Assembly: GCA_037045455.1 (NCBI GenBank)
Contig: JBAOIN010000003.1
Span: 14,410-78,409, forward strand
DNA: 64,000 bases
Direction: 5' to 3'
Source: Candidatus Nanopelagicales bacterium
Lineage (GTDB): Bacteria > Actinomycetota > Actinomycetes > S36-B12 > UBA10799
The first letter of the stretch is position 1, and every line of letters begins with the position of its first letter. The notes under the pieces are model-generated. The model did not search any database. It saw nothing but the letters and a program-made list of their open reading frames with translations, and was not told where the DNA came from. Of the stretch, positions 34,377 through 43,735 are shown piece after piece. The translations under genes and the position numbers were made by a program.

Positions 34377-36419
34377 ATGGCGGCCATGGTGGACGTGCCC
34401 GAGATCAGTTTCACGTCGAGGGTGGCCAGTATGGCTTCCATGGCATCGATTGCGATGTCCTATCAACCGGGATTGCTGCCTCGCAGTGTCGGCGACCAAG
34501 CCATCCTGACCGGGCTCACCAGCGCCGTGAACTACGGCCTTGTGGCAGTGACGGGCTCAGCTGTGGAAGGTGCCGCGACCGCGGTGGTCGGCGCCGAGCG
34601 GATGCAACGACCCGGGGTGGCGGCTGCTGCCCATGCGGTCGCGAATGCCGGGGTGGTCGCGGGCAGCATCGCGCTGCGGCGCCTGCTGCCACCGCGTGCC
34701 GGGGAACCGTTGCGGCGGGCGACGCTGCGCAGCGCAGGCTGGGTCGGGGCCATGACCGGGATCACCGGCATCATCGCGTCCGGCATTCTGGGGGCCGGGG
34801 AGGTCCTGGAAGCCCGGACCGGCCGCAGCCATCGCCGCCTCGTGGCGCCCGGAACGGTCGCCGCCGCAACGATCGCCACCACCGTGCTCATCGCACGCAA
34901 CCGCCGCGACGCCAGACGCGATCTGCTGCCGCCCCCGGTGGACCCACTGCCGCTGTCGGAACAGGCAGGAGCCTACGAGCAGCGGCAGGCGGACAAGTAC
35001 GAGCGAGTCCCGTCATTGCCGAAGTCGTTGTTGTACGGGGTGGGCGTGAGCGCCGGCCTGCAGGTTGCGGCGCTGGGCGAGTCGCTGGCCTCCGAGGCGA
35101 TCGCCCACGGCCTCCGGCGGGTCGCGCCGTCGCTGGCGCCGTTGGCGAACTGGGCTGGTCATGCGGTGGCGCTGGGTGCGGTAGCGGCAGGTGCGACAGC
35201 GGGCCTGGAATACGTCAACCGGCAAGCGGATGCCGGTGGCGCCGCGATCGAAGCGGCCTATAGCAAGCAACCCTCGATGCTCACGGTTTCAGGCGGCCCG
35301 GGCTCGCAGATCCCCTTCGACACGTTGTCCCGAGAAGGCCGCCGAATCGTCAACATGGCACTGCCCGCCGGAGAGATCACCAAGGTCACCGGCAAGCCGG
35401 CCATGGATCCGATCAGGGCATTCGTGGGACTCGCCAGCGCGCCGCTGGTGGACGAGCGCGTGGACATCCTGATGCGCGAGCTCGAGGACATCGGTGCGTT
35501 CGACCGAAAGGTGCTGTGCTTCTGCTCGCCGACCGGGACCGGGTACGTCAACTACGTGATGATGGAGACCCTGGAGTACCTGACCGGTGGCGACTGTGCC
35601 ACGTTCGCGCTGCAGTACTCGCTGAGGCCGTCATTCATCTCCCTTGACCGGGTCGCCATGGGTCGGGAGCAGAACCGGGCCATGCTGCACGCGCTCACCT
35701 GGCGGCTGCGCTCCATCCCCGAAACCGAGCGGCCGCGGCTGGTCCTGTTCGGGGAGTCGTTGGGTGCACACACCATGCAGGACGCATTCCTGCACGAGGG
35801 CACGAAGGGATTCGAGCGGGCCGGTGTCGACCGTGCCCTGTTCGTGGGCACGCCGGCGAGCAGCGGCTGGGCGATGCGCTGGCATGCCGATCGGGAGAAG
35901 TCCGACCCGCGCGGGGAGGTCATCGAGGTCGCCAGCTACGAGGAGTACCTGGCCCTGCCCGAAACCAGCCGGGAGACCGCGCGCATCATCCTGCTCAGCC
36001 ATCACGAGGACCCGATCGTGAAGTTCTCGCCCGCGCTGGCCGTCGAGGTTCCGCAGTGGCTCGAAGAGCCCCGGGAGACCGGCATTCCGCGGGGTTTGCG
36101 GTGGCGGCCGGTCGGAACGTTCCTCAACGTGGGCGTGGACCTCAAGAACAGCACCGATGTCGTACCCGGGGTATTCGTCTCGCGCGGCCACGACTACCGG
36201 GCGGACCTGGCCCGTTTCACGTCGGTGGCCTTCGACCTGCCGACCGACGAGCAAACGATGGAGCGGATCGAGCAGGCGCTGCGTGCCCGCGAGCTGGAAT
36301 GGGCCACCGACCGGGTGCAAGCCGAGCAGCTGCAGCGGGCCAGCGAGGCCCTGCAGCGGCAACTGAGTCAGTGGGGGATCAGCGACCTGTCGTCCTCGAT
36401 CACGGCACCCTCTTCGTGA
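34377..36419 (+). CDS. Membrane-anchored alpha/beta-hydrolase family protein (Abhydrolase_9-like)
   Basis: Has N-terminal TM helices (MSYQPGLLPRS...) and a C-terminal hydrolase fold with the nucleophile elbow FGESLGA and the ...LLSHHEDPIVKF... block. The start could lie later than 34377. Confidence 0.7.
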   Translation: MAAMVDVPEISFTSRVASMASMASIAMSYQPGLLPRSVGDQAILTGLTSAVNYGLVAVTGSAVEGAATAVVGAERMQRPGVAAAAHAVANAGVVAGSIALRRLLPPRAGEPLRRATLRSAGWVGAMTGITGIIASGILGAGEVLEARTGRSHRRLVAPGTVAAATIATTVLIARNRRDARRDLLPPPVDPLPLSEQAGAYEQRQADKYERVPSLPKSLLYGVGVSAGLQVAALGESLASEAIAHGLRRVAPSLAPLANWAGHAVALGAVAAGATAGLEYVNRQADAGGAAIEAAYSKQPSMLTVSGGPGSQIPFDTLSREGRRIVNMALPAGEITKVTGKPAMDPIRAFVGLASAPLVDERVDILMRELEDIGAFDRKVLCFCSPTGTGYVNYVMMETLEYLTGGDCATFALQYSLRPSFISLDRVAMGREQNRAMLHALTWRLRSIPETERPRLVLFGESLGAHTMQDAFLHEGTKGFERAGVDRALFVGTPASSGWAMRWHADREKSDPRGEVIEVASYEEYLALPETSRETARIILLSHHEDPIVKFSPALAVEVPQWLEEPRETGIPRGLRWRPVGTFLNVGVDLKNSTDVVPGVFVSRGHDYRADLARFTSVAFDLPTDEQTMERIEQALRARELEWATDRVQAEQLQRASEALQRQLSQWGISDLSSSITAPSS

Positions 36420-37246
36420 CCTTCGACCTTGTCGTCCTCGGACTGTTGATCATCGTCAACGTCCTCAATCATTCGCCGTACGTCGCACAGAGGTGGTACG
36501 TCCCCACGGGCATCGTCGGCAGCGCCCTGATCGTTTGGATTGGCTACCGGGCGGGGGTCACGCTCTCCGACATCGGACTGGGCCCGAACAGCTGGATCCC
36601 CGGCCTGATCTGGTCGGCCGGCTGCATCGCGCTGGTCACCTCGGTTTACGTGATCGGCGGGTCGATGACGTTCACCCGCCGCTTCCTGGCCGACGACCGG
36701 GCGGTGCTCGGGCCGCGTACTTTGGCCTACAAGGTGCTGGTCAACGTGCCGCTGGGGACGGTGTTGTTCGAGGAACTGGCCTTCCGCGGAGTCGGCCTGG
36801 CTCTGCTGGCCCAGTGGTTTCCCTTGTGGCAGGCGGTGCTCTACTCCAGCCTGCTGTTCGGCTTCTGGCACATCCTTCCGAGTCTGGTGATGCACGACGC
36901 GAACGCGGCGGTGGGCGATCTGCTCGGGCAGGGCATCTGGGGCCGGTTGCAGTCGGTGCTGCTCACAGTGCTCGGAACGGCCATCGCCGGTGTCGTGTTC
37001 TGCCTGCTACGCATCCAGTCAGACTCGCTGCTGCCGCCCATGGCACTGCACTGGGCGATCAACGGGCTGGGGTTCATCGCGGCGAGTTGGGTGCACCGGC
37101 GGGCCGGGCCGGATCTAGGGGTCTTGCCGTGCCGGTTCCGGCGGTTGACAGATTCCGACGCACTTGTGAGCCGTAGCGGGCGTCTTGCACCGCGGGCTCA
37201 ACCGGCCCAACCAGCCTTCGGGTGCAGGCCCAGGCCGGGCGTCTGA
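36416..37246 (+). CDS. CPBP family intramembrane glutamic endopeptidase (CAAX protease / Abi family)
   Basis: Has motif 1 EELAFRG, motif 2 FGFWH and a later HWAIN. The GTG 36416 start overlaps the preceding stop (GTGA). The long non-hydrophobic C-terminal tail may be unreliable. Confidence 0.75.
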   Translation: MTFDLVVLGLLIIVNVLNHSPYVAQRWYVPTGIVGSALIVWIGYRAGVTLSDIGLGPNSWIPGLIWSAGCIALVTSVYVIGGSMTFTRRFLADDRAVLGPRTLAYKVLVNVPLGTVLFEELAFRGVGLALLAQWFPLWQAVLYSSLLFGFWHILPSLVMHDANAAVGDLLGQGIWGRLQSVLLTVLGTAIAGVVFCLLRIQSDSLLPPMALHWAINGLGFIAASWVHRRAGPDLGVLPCRFRRLTDSDALVSRSGRLAPRAQPAQPAFGCRPRPGV

Positions 37247-37349
37247 CGCAGACAACTGCGCCAATCCACACCACCGACCTCTCAACCGAGGACAACCGAT
37301 CCGCGCGAACCGCCACTAGCCCCGCAACGCCCCTGCCTACCATGGACCG

Positions 37350-38607
37350 GTGAAGTTCGAGGTCGTCGGCGGCAACCGCTTATGCGGGACGGTGCGGGTA
37401 CCAGGGGCGAAGAACAGCATCCTGAAGTTGATGGCCGCCGCTCTGCTGGCCGAGGGCGCGACCACCCTGACTGAGGTCCCGGACATCCTCGACGTCGAGA
37501 TCATGGCCGAGTTGCTTCGCCGTCTGGGCTGCACAGTCGAGCACGACCGCGCCGCCGGAACCGTCACCATCGACGTGCCGGCTGAGCCCCAGCATCAGGC
37601 CGATTACGACCTCGTCCGCAAGATGCGGGCGTCCATCTGCGTGCTCGGGCCGCTGGTCGCCCGAGTGGGGGAGGCCGACGTCGCGCTGCCCGGCGGGGAT
37701 GCCATCGGATCCCGCGGGCTGGACATGCACATCAACGGTCTCACCCGGTTGGGCGCCGAAGTCGAGTAGCGAGCACGGATACCTGATCGCGAAGTCCGGA
37801 GGGCTGCACGGCGCCAAGATCTGGCTGGACTTCCCGAGCGTAGGCGCCACCGAGAACCTGTTGATGGCGGCGGTCCTGGCCAAGGGCACGACGGTCATCG
37901 ACAATGCCGCGCGCGAGCCGGAGATCATCGACATCTGCCAGATGCTGGTCGAGATGGGCGCTGAGATCTCGGGCATCGGTTCCTCCACGCTGGAAATCGA
38001 CGGTGTCGAGAGCCTGCACCCGGTGACCCACCGGACCGTCCCTGACCGGATCGTCGCCGGTACGTGGGCAGTGGCAGCGGTCATGACCCAGGGCGACATC
38101 ACGATCGACCAGGGCGATCCCACGCACCTCGAAATCGCGCTGGACAAGCTCGTGAGCACGGGTGCCATGGTCGAGGAACTGCCCGCCGGCTTTCGGGTGA
38201 GCATGGACCGCCGGCCGAAGGCTGTCGACATCGTCACGCTGCCGTACCCGGGTTTCGCCACCGACTTGCAGCCGCAGTTCATCGCCCTCAACGCCATCGC
38301 CGAAGGCGCGGCCATGGTCACCGAGAACTTGTTCGAAGCGCGCTTCCGGTTCGTCCACGAACTCGCCCGGCTGGGCGCCGACGTGCACACCGACGGCCAT
38401 CACGCCCTTGTGCGGGGACGGCCGAGGCTCTCGGGGGCCCCAGTGGAAGCCACGGACGTGCGGGCCGGCGCGGGACTGGTGCTCGCTGGGCTGGTCGCGG
38501 ACGGCACCACCACGGTGCACGAGGTGCACCACGTCGACCGCGGTTACGCCGGTTTCATCGAGGCCCTGCGCGGGGTCGGAGCCGACATCACGCGCCGCGC
38601 CGACTGA
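37350..38607 (+). CDS. murA: UDP-N-acetylglucosamine 1-carboxyvinyltransferase, reading frame interrupted at about 37767
   Basis: Reads [23 protein letters not shown]...[27 protein letters not shown] | [11 protein letters not shown]...[12 protein letters not shown]. An extra T in gagTagcgag shifts the frame. The active-site loop has Asp117 instead of Cys. Confidence 0.93.
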
Positions 38608-38917
38608 GCAGAGCCAGCGCCCGGTCGCGGTCCTGACGCCACACCATCAGCCGGGGGCCGTCGGTGGTGCGCACGAGGTTGACCTTGAACCCGTGGTCGG
38701 TCAGCAGGCGCCGCTGCATCTCCGCGCGGATGTAGTCATCGGCCGTGGCCACCGGCACCATCAATCCGTACTCATCAGTCGAGCCCGGCGTGGGTTCGTC
38801 GGCCACCAGGGACTGTCCGCTCCGGAACGCCCACCGCAGCAGCAGGACCAGCAGCGCCATGATCAGACCGGCGATCACCGGCCCGAACAGGTAGGAGTAG
38901 GTGGACCAAGCGGGCAC
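38588..38917 (-). CDS. Small membrane-anchored protein, unknown function
   Basis: GTG 38917 gives [27 protein letters not shown] (TM) followed by a soluble approximately 70-aa domain. The longer ORF (to 39067) would read through repeat C1. Confidence 0.5.
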   Translation of the reverse strand: MPAWSTYSYLFGPVIAGLIMALLVLLLRWAFRSGQSLVADEPTPGSTDEYGLMVPVATADDYIRAEMQRRLLTDHGFKVNLVRTTDGPRLMVWRQDRDRALALLSRRGA

Positions 38918-38954
38918 GCTGCCATTGTGCGCCCGCACCGGCCGACCCGCATCA

Positions 38955-39042
38955 TGTCCGGATTTGCAACGCGTTGGACGCCCGGGCACTGATTGCCGGC
39001 GATTCCGGCCGAGTGGGCGCGAACGTGTTGCAAATCCGGACA
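38955..39042. repeat. Family C terminal-inverted-repeat element, copy 1
   Basis: tgtccggatttgcaacgcgtt (38955) pairs with aacgtgttgcaaatccggaca (to 39042), 20 of 21 complementary, around a 46-nt core containing gattccggcc. Confidence 0.8.
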
Positions 39043-39092
39043 CGACCCCGCCCGAGGAAGAACGCAACGCCCGACCGCACTAGCCTCGAAAC

Positions 39093-39932
39093 ATGAAGAT
39101 CGCAGTGGTGGGCGCCGGTCTGATGGGCGCCGGAATCGCGCAGGTGTCGGCGACAGCGGGCCATGACGTGGTCCTGCAGGACGTGAGCGAGGAGGGTCTC
39201 TCGCGGGGTCGGGCCGGCATCGAAAAGTCCCTGGCGAAGTTCGCTGAGAAGGGCAAGGTCGACGATGTGCAGGCGGTCCTCGACCGCATCAGCACTACGA
39301 CCGACCTCGATGGCGTTGCCGATGCCGAGATCGTGGTCGAAGCCGTGTTCGAGAAGTTCGACATCAAAGCCGAGGTGTTCGGCCGGCTGGACAAGATCTG
39401 CGGGCCGGATGCTGTGCTGGCCACGAATACGTCTGCGATCCCAGTGACCTCGATCGCCGCCGTGACCTCGCGGCCGGAGCAGGTCGTGGGGACGCACTTC
39501 TTCTCCCCGGTCCCGATGATGAGGCTGTGCGAACTGGTGCGCGGATACAAGACCAGCGTCGAGACGTTGACGCGAGCCCGGGAGTACGCCGAGGGCATTG
39601 GCAAGACCGTGATCGTGGTCAATCGCGACGTTGCCGGATTCGTGACCACCCGTTTGATCACGGCGCTGTCCAACGAAGCGATGAAACTCGTGGAGTCCGG
39701 GGTGGCGAGCGCCGAGGACGTGGATACCGCCTGTCGCCTGGGCTTCGGGCACGCGATGGGGCCGTTGCAGACGACGGACATGACTGGTGTCGACATCATG
39801 CTCAACGCCACGTCCAATATCTATGCGGACACCCAGGACGAGAAGTTCAACCCGCCAGAGATGCTGCGCCGCATGGTGCAGGCGGGCGACCTGGGCCGTA
39901 AGACCGGCAAGGGTTTCTACGACTACTCATGA
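39093..39932 (+). CDS. 3-hydroxybutyryl-CoA dehydrogenase
   Basis: Has the N-terminal [16 protein letters not shown] site, the 3HCDH blocks ...[11 protein letters not shown]...[11 protein letters not shown]...EL and the C-terminal ...[11 protein letters not shown]. Confidence 0.9.
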   Translation: MKIAVVGAGLMGAGIAQVSATAGHDVVLQDVSEEGLSRGRAGIEKSLAKFAEKGKVDDVQAVLDRISTTTDLDGVADAEIVVEAVFEKFDIKAEVFGRLDKICGPDAVLATNTSAIPVTSIAAVTSRPEQVVGTHFFSPVPMMRLCELVRGYKTSVETLTRAREYAEGIGKTVIVVNRDVAGFVTTRLITALSNEAMKLVESGVASAEDVDTACRLGFGHAMGPLQTTDMTGVDIMLNATSNIYADTQDEKFNPPEMLRRMVQAGDLGRKTGKGFYDYS

Positions 39933-40600
39933 GGCTGGTCGTTGCCACCTGCCAGGTTGACTACGTCGGCCGGCTCAGTGCCCACTTGCCGATGGCCCGA
40001 CGGCTGCTGCTGGTGAAGGCCGACGGGTCGGTGTCGGTGCATGCGGATGACCGCGCCTACAAACCGCTGAACTGGATGAGCCCGCCCTGCACGCTCGTCG
40101 AGATCGACGACCCTGACGACACCCTGTGGGAGGTCACGAACAAGGCGGGGGAGCGGTTGCTGATCCGGATCGCGGAGATCGAGCACGACTGGTCCGGGAT
40201 GCTGGGCCAGGACCCAGGGTTGATCAAGGACGGTGTCGAGGCGCATCTGCAGGAGTTGCTCGCCGAACACGTCCACACGTTCGGCGAGGGCTGGACGCTC
40301 GTGCGCCGGGAGTACCCGACGGCGATCGGGCCGGTGGATCTGTTGTGCCGCGATTCCGAGGGCACGGCCATTGCGGTGGAGGTCAAGCGGCGCGGCGAGA
40401 TCGACGGTGTCGAGCAGTTGACGCGCTATCTGGAACTGCTGAACCGGGATCCGCTGCTGGCGCCGGTAACCGGGGTGTTCGCGGCCCAGGAGATCAAACC
40501 GCAGGCGCGTACGTTGGCGCAGGACCGGGGAATCCGGTGCCTGGAGGTCGACTATGACGCTCTGCGGGGTTACGACGACGAGGAATCCCGGCTGTTCTGA
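39929..40600 (+). CDS. nucS: Endonuclease NucS (EndoMS, mismatch-specific)
   Basis: MRLVVA.C.V.Y.GRL...[12 protein letters not shown]...KPLNWM... and the C-terminal PD-(D/E)XK block [19 protein letters not shown] are characteristic. Confidence 0.92.
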   Translation: MRLVVATCQVDYVGRLSAHLPMARRLLLVKADGSVSVHADDRAYKPLNWMSPPCTLVEIDDPDDTLWEVTNKAGERLLIRIAEIEHDWSGMLGQDPGLIKDGVEAHLQELLAEHVHTFGEGWTLVRREYPTAIGPVDLLCRDSEGTAIAVEVKRRGEIDGVEQLTRYLELLNRDPLLAPVTGVFAAQEIKPQARTLAQDRGIRCLEVDYDALRGYDDEESRLF

Positions 40601-40614
40601 GGTCGCCGGACGCG

Positions 40615-40690
40615 GCGTTTTGTTGCGATGTCGTTGGTATCCTCGGCGTGTCGCAACGACAACGCGACAGCCCGGACAACTTCGCGACAA
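40615..40690 (+). repeat. Family A repeat, copy 4 (most complete)
   Basis: gcgTTTTGTTGCGATGTCGTTGG-7nt-GGCGTGTCGCAACGACAACGCGACAG-6nt-CAACTTCGCGACAA. It fills the gap between the convergent nucS stop (40600) and the GNAT stop (40692). Confidence 0.85.
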
Positions 40691-40691
40691 T

Positions 40692-41537
40692 TCAGTTCAG
40701 ATCGATCGCCCAGTGCGTGAACGAGCGGTCCAGTGTCATGCCCAGGTGCTGGTAGACCTCCAGCGCGCCGGTATTGGAGTCGGTCGCGAGCCGCACCTGC
40801 GGGAAGCCTTCGCGAAAAGCCCGATCGCGGGCAGCAGTGATCAGTTCCCGGGCCAGGCCCTGCCGCCGGAATGCCGGATCCACCGCCAGACTGTCCACCC
40901 ACACCTCATCCACGCAGATCAGGAACGCCGCGGCGACTATCCGGTCACCCTGTCGGATCACCAAGAGATCCTCGGGCTTGAAGTCCGATCGCTCAACGGT
41001 CTGGGCGCGCCAGCGCGCGAGGGACACCGGGGTGCGGTCGCGGAACTCCGTGAAGCACCGTTCGATCAGCTCGAGTGCGGCATCAGCCTCGTCACCGGCT
41101 GGCTGCGCATGATGCGTTGCCGCGGCCGCCGGGATCGTCAACATCCACGACGTGTACCGCGGGGTGTACCCGAGCCGGGTGAACCACTGTGCGACATCGC
41201 GGCGTTCGTCGTAGATGCTTTCCCCGATCCGCGGTGCCCCGCGCTGCCGGGAACGCCACACCGACCAGCGCTCCAGCCAGCTCCCGATGCCCTGGCCGCG
41301 CGCATCCGGGTGGACGTCGGCCCAGCGTTTGCGAAGGTCCCATAGCAGGCACCACCCGATGATCCGGCCGCCGCTCACCACCACGCAGGCATCCCGCTCC
41401 CGGTCGATCTGCGCCAGATCCGCGCGGACGTCGTCGGCGTCGAGCATCGCCTCACCGGTGTCGGCGAGTTCGCAGGCGTTGACCATCGCGACCACCTCGG
41501 GGATGTCGTCGTCGGTCAGGGGTCGGGCGTGCCACAC
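40692..41537 (-). CDS. GNAT family N-acetyltransferase (two-domain)
   Basis: Has two acetyltransferase-like halves. The acetyl-CoA binding motifs are HPDARGQGIGSWL and DPAFRRQGLAREL. Confidence 0.8.
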   Translation of the reverse strand: MWHARPLTDDDIPEVVAMVNACELADTGEAMLDADDVRADLAQIDRERDACVVVSGGRIIGWCLLWDLRKRWADVHPDARGQGIGSWLERWSVWRSRQRGAPRIGESIYDERRDVAQWFTRLGYTPRYTSWMLTIPAAAATHHAQPAGDEADAALELIERCFTEFRDRTPVSLARWRAQTVERSDFKPEDLLVIRQGDRIVAAAFLICVDEVWVDSLAVDPAFRRQGLARELITAARDRAFREGFPQVRLATDSNTGALEVYQHLGMTLDRSFTHWAIDLN

Positions 41538-41578
41538 CCGCCCATTATCGGCGATGATCCCTTTGCCAGACTGGGGCC

Positions 41579-43244
41579 ATGGCTGAGAAGACGCTGGTGA
41601 TCGTCGGGGTGGGCACGGTCGGGACGCAGATTGCGGGCCTGGCCAAGGACGCGGGCTGGAGTGTCCTCGGAATCGAAAAGGATGCTGCCAGCGCGCAGGC
41701 CGCGGCGGAACGTACGGGTGTGAGCGTGACGGCTGAGGTCGCCGAGGCCAAGGGGGCTGGACTGGTCATCGAGTGCCTGCCCGAGAAGGCTGCCCTGAAG
41801 CATGCGGTGTTCGGTGAGGTCGCGGCGCTGGTCGCCGAGGACGCCGTCCTCGTGACGACCGCGACCGCACTGTCGGTCACTGACTTGGCGCTGGCCACCG
41901 GCCGCCCTAACCGCGTGCTCGGCCTGTCGATGCCGCACGACCCGGCTCGCACCCACGCCGAACTCATCCGCCCGGACTTCGCCGACGCCGATGCCGTCGA
42001 AAGCCTGCAGGCGTTCCTGGCCGACGTCGGCCGCACGGCCACGGTCGTGCGTTCCAAGCCGGGCTACATCGCCGACGGTCTGCTCTTCGGCTACCTGAAC
42101 CACGCGGTCACCATGTACGAGGCCGGATACGCCAGCCGCGACGACATCGACGCGGCCATGCGCTTCGGCTGCGGCTACCCGATCGGCCCGCTGGCGCTGC
42201 TCGACAAGATCGGCATCGACACCGCCTACGACGTGTTGGATGCCCTCTACGCCAGCACCGGCCGGCGCCTGCACGCGCCGGCTCCCATCCTCAAGCAGAT
42301 GATCGCCGCCGGACAGGACCGGTGACAAGGCGGGCCGGGGCTTCTACGGCGGCGACGAGCAGACCGAGACGGCTGCTGGGACCGGCGACCTGCGTGCCGT
42401 GCGCACGGTCGGCGTTGTGGGTACTGGCACCATGGCCTCCGGCATTGTCGAGGTGTTCGCCAAGTCCGGCTACGACGTGGTGTTCGTGGCCCGCAGCGAG
42501 GAGAAGGTGGCCGGGGTGCAAGCGGCCGTCACGAAGTCGCTGGACAAGGCCGTGGCCAAGGGCAAGATGACCGAGGAAGTCCGCGCCGAGGTGCTCGGTC
42601 GGTTGAACGGAGCCACCGAGCGGGAGGCACTGGGCGACGTGGACCTGGTCGTCGAAGCCATCGTGGAGAACCTCGAGGTGAAGCTCGAGTTGTTCCGCGA
42701 TCTCGACCGCATCTGCAAGCCGGGCGCGATCCTGGCCACGACCACCTCGAGCCTGCCGGTGGTCGAGATGGCCGCAGTGACCGGCCGGCCGCAGGACGTC
42801 GTGGGCATGCACTTCTTCAACCCGGCGCCGATCATGAAGCTGGTCGAGGTGGTCAGCCCGCTGACCACGGGTCAGGACGTAACCGACACTGTGGTCGCGC
42901 TGTGCAAGCAGCTGGGCAAGGTGCCCGTGAAGTGTGGTGACCGAGCCGGCTTCATCGTCAACGCGCTGCTGTTCCCCTACCTGAACGACGCGGTGCTGCT
43001 GCTGGAATCGCACTACGCGACGGCCGACGAGATCGACGAGGTCATGACCAAGGGTGCTGGACTGCCGCTGGGGCCGTTCGCGCTGCTCGATGTCGTGGGC
43101 AACGACGTCTCGCTGGCCATCGAGCAGGTGCTGCACAGCGAGTTCCGGCTGCCCGAACTGGCGCCCGCCCGGCTGCTCGAGCAGATGGTCGAGGCCGGCT
43201 ACCTCGGACGCAAGACCGGCCGTGGGTTCCGCTCCTACCATTAA
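41579..43244 (+). CDS. Tandem-domain 3-hydroxyacyl-CoA dehydrogenase, reading frame interrupted at about 42315
   Basis: The first, degenerate 3HCDH unit reads ...ILKQMIAAG | RTGDKAGRGFYGGDEQ...RTVGVVGTGTMASGIVE... into a second, canonical unit (ORF 42399-43244). An extra A in ggacAggacc shifts the frame. Confidence 0.8.
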
Positions 43245-43250
43245 CCCGGC

Positions 43251-43350
43251 GGTGAAGTCGCAATCCATGAGCATTCTGGGCATGGGTTAGCACGCCGGAC
43301 GCTGAAAACCCGCCCGTTGTGCTCACGGATGCCCGGAATGCTCACGGATC
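43251..43350 (+). repeat. Family D 100-nt long-hairpin repeat, copy 1
   Basis: Aligns gap-free with 56031-56130 (79 of 100 identical by hand count). The arm gagcattctgggcatgggttagc pairs with gctcacggatgcccggaatgctc. Starts 7 nt after the stop at 43244. Confidence 0.85.
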
Positions 43351-43410
43351 GGCCGGGCAACGCGCGGCTTGCTGGCGCGTTGTAGCCGGAACGAGTGGTT
43401 CGCTAAGGAC

Positions 43411-43659
43411 ATGTCCCGCCGCAACCGCCGCCGACCCGAGCAGTCCCGACCGCTGTCGGCGGGGTATGCCGGACGCCGGCGGGAGGGCGACTTCATGGTC
43501 CAGCCGGTGAGCGGCGGGCAGGCCGGCAAGGCCTACGTCTGTCCGGGCTGCAACCAGCAGATCGCGGCCGGGGTTGCGCACGTGGTCGCGTGGTCGGAGT
43601 TCGAGGGCCCGGAGTACCGCCGGCACTGGCACACGCCGTGCTGGAATCGGCGTCGCTAG
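43411..43659 (+). CDS. Small conserved zinc-ribbon-like protein (CPGC...HxxC), unknown function
   Basis: 82 aa: MSRRNRRRPE...YVCPGCNQQI...HVVAW...RRHWHTPCW. ATG 43411 lies inside ORF 43369-43659. Confidence 0.6.
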   Translation: MSRRNRRRPEQSRPLSAGYAGRRREGDFMVQPVSGGQAGKAYVCPGCNQQIAAGVAHVVAWSEFEGPEYRRHWHTPCWNRRR

Positions 43660-43678
43660 GGCGGTGGCCCCAGGATCC

Positions 43679-43724
43679 TTCACCGTTGTCGAAGAACGGT
43701 GATGGATTGTCCAAACGGTGAAGT
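43679..43724. repeat. Family B repeat, copy 2 (short)
   Basis: TTCACCGTT-gtcgaag-AACGGTGA-tggattgtcc-AAACGGTGAAGT, between convergent stops at 43659 and 43736. Confidence 0.7.
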
Positions 43725-43735
43725 CGACCACTAGC

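Noticed and set aside
40554-41345. 263-aa plus-strand ORF overlapping the GNAT gene
   Set aside because: It reads through family A repeat copy 4 and is antisense to a GNAT gene with clear acetyl-CoA binding motifs.
42322-42570. 82-aa ORF bridging the two 3HCDH halves
   Set aside because: It is a third-frame by-product of the frame break. The real continuation is the frame encoding GDKAGRGFYGG...VGVVGTGTMASG.
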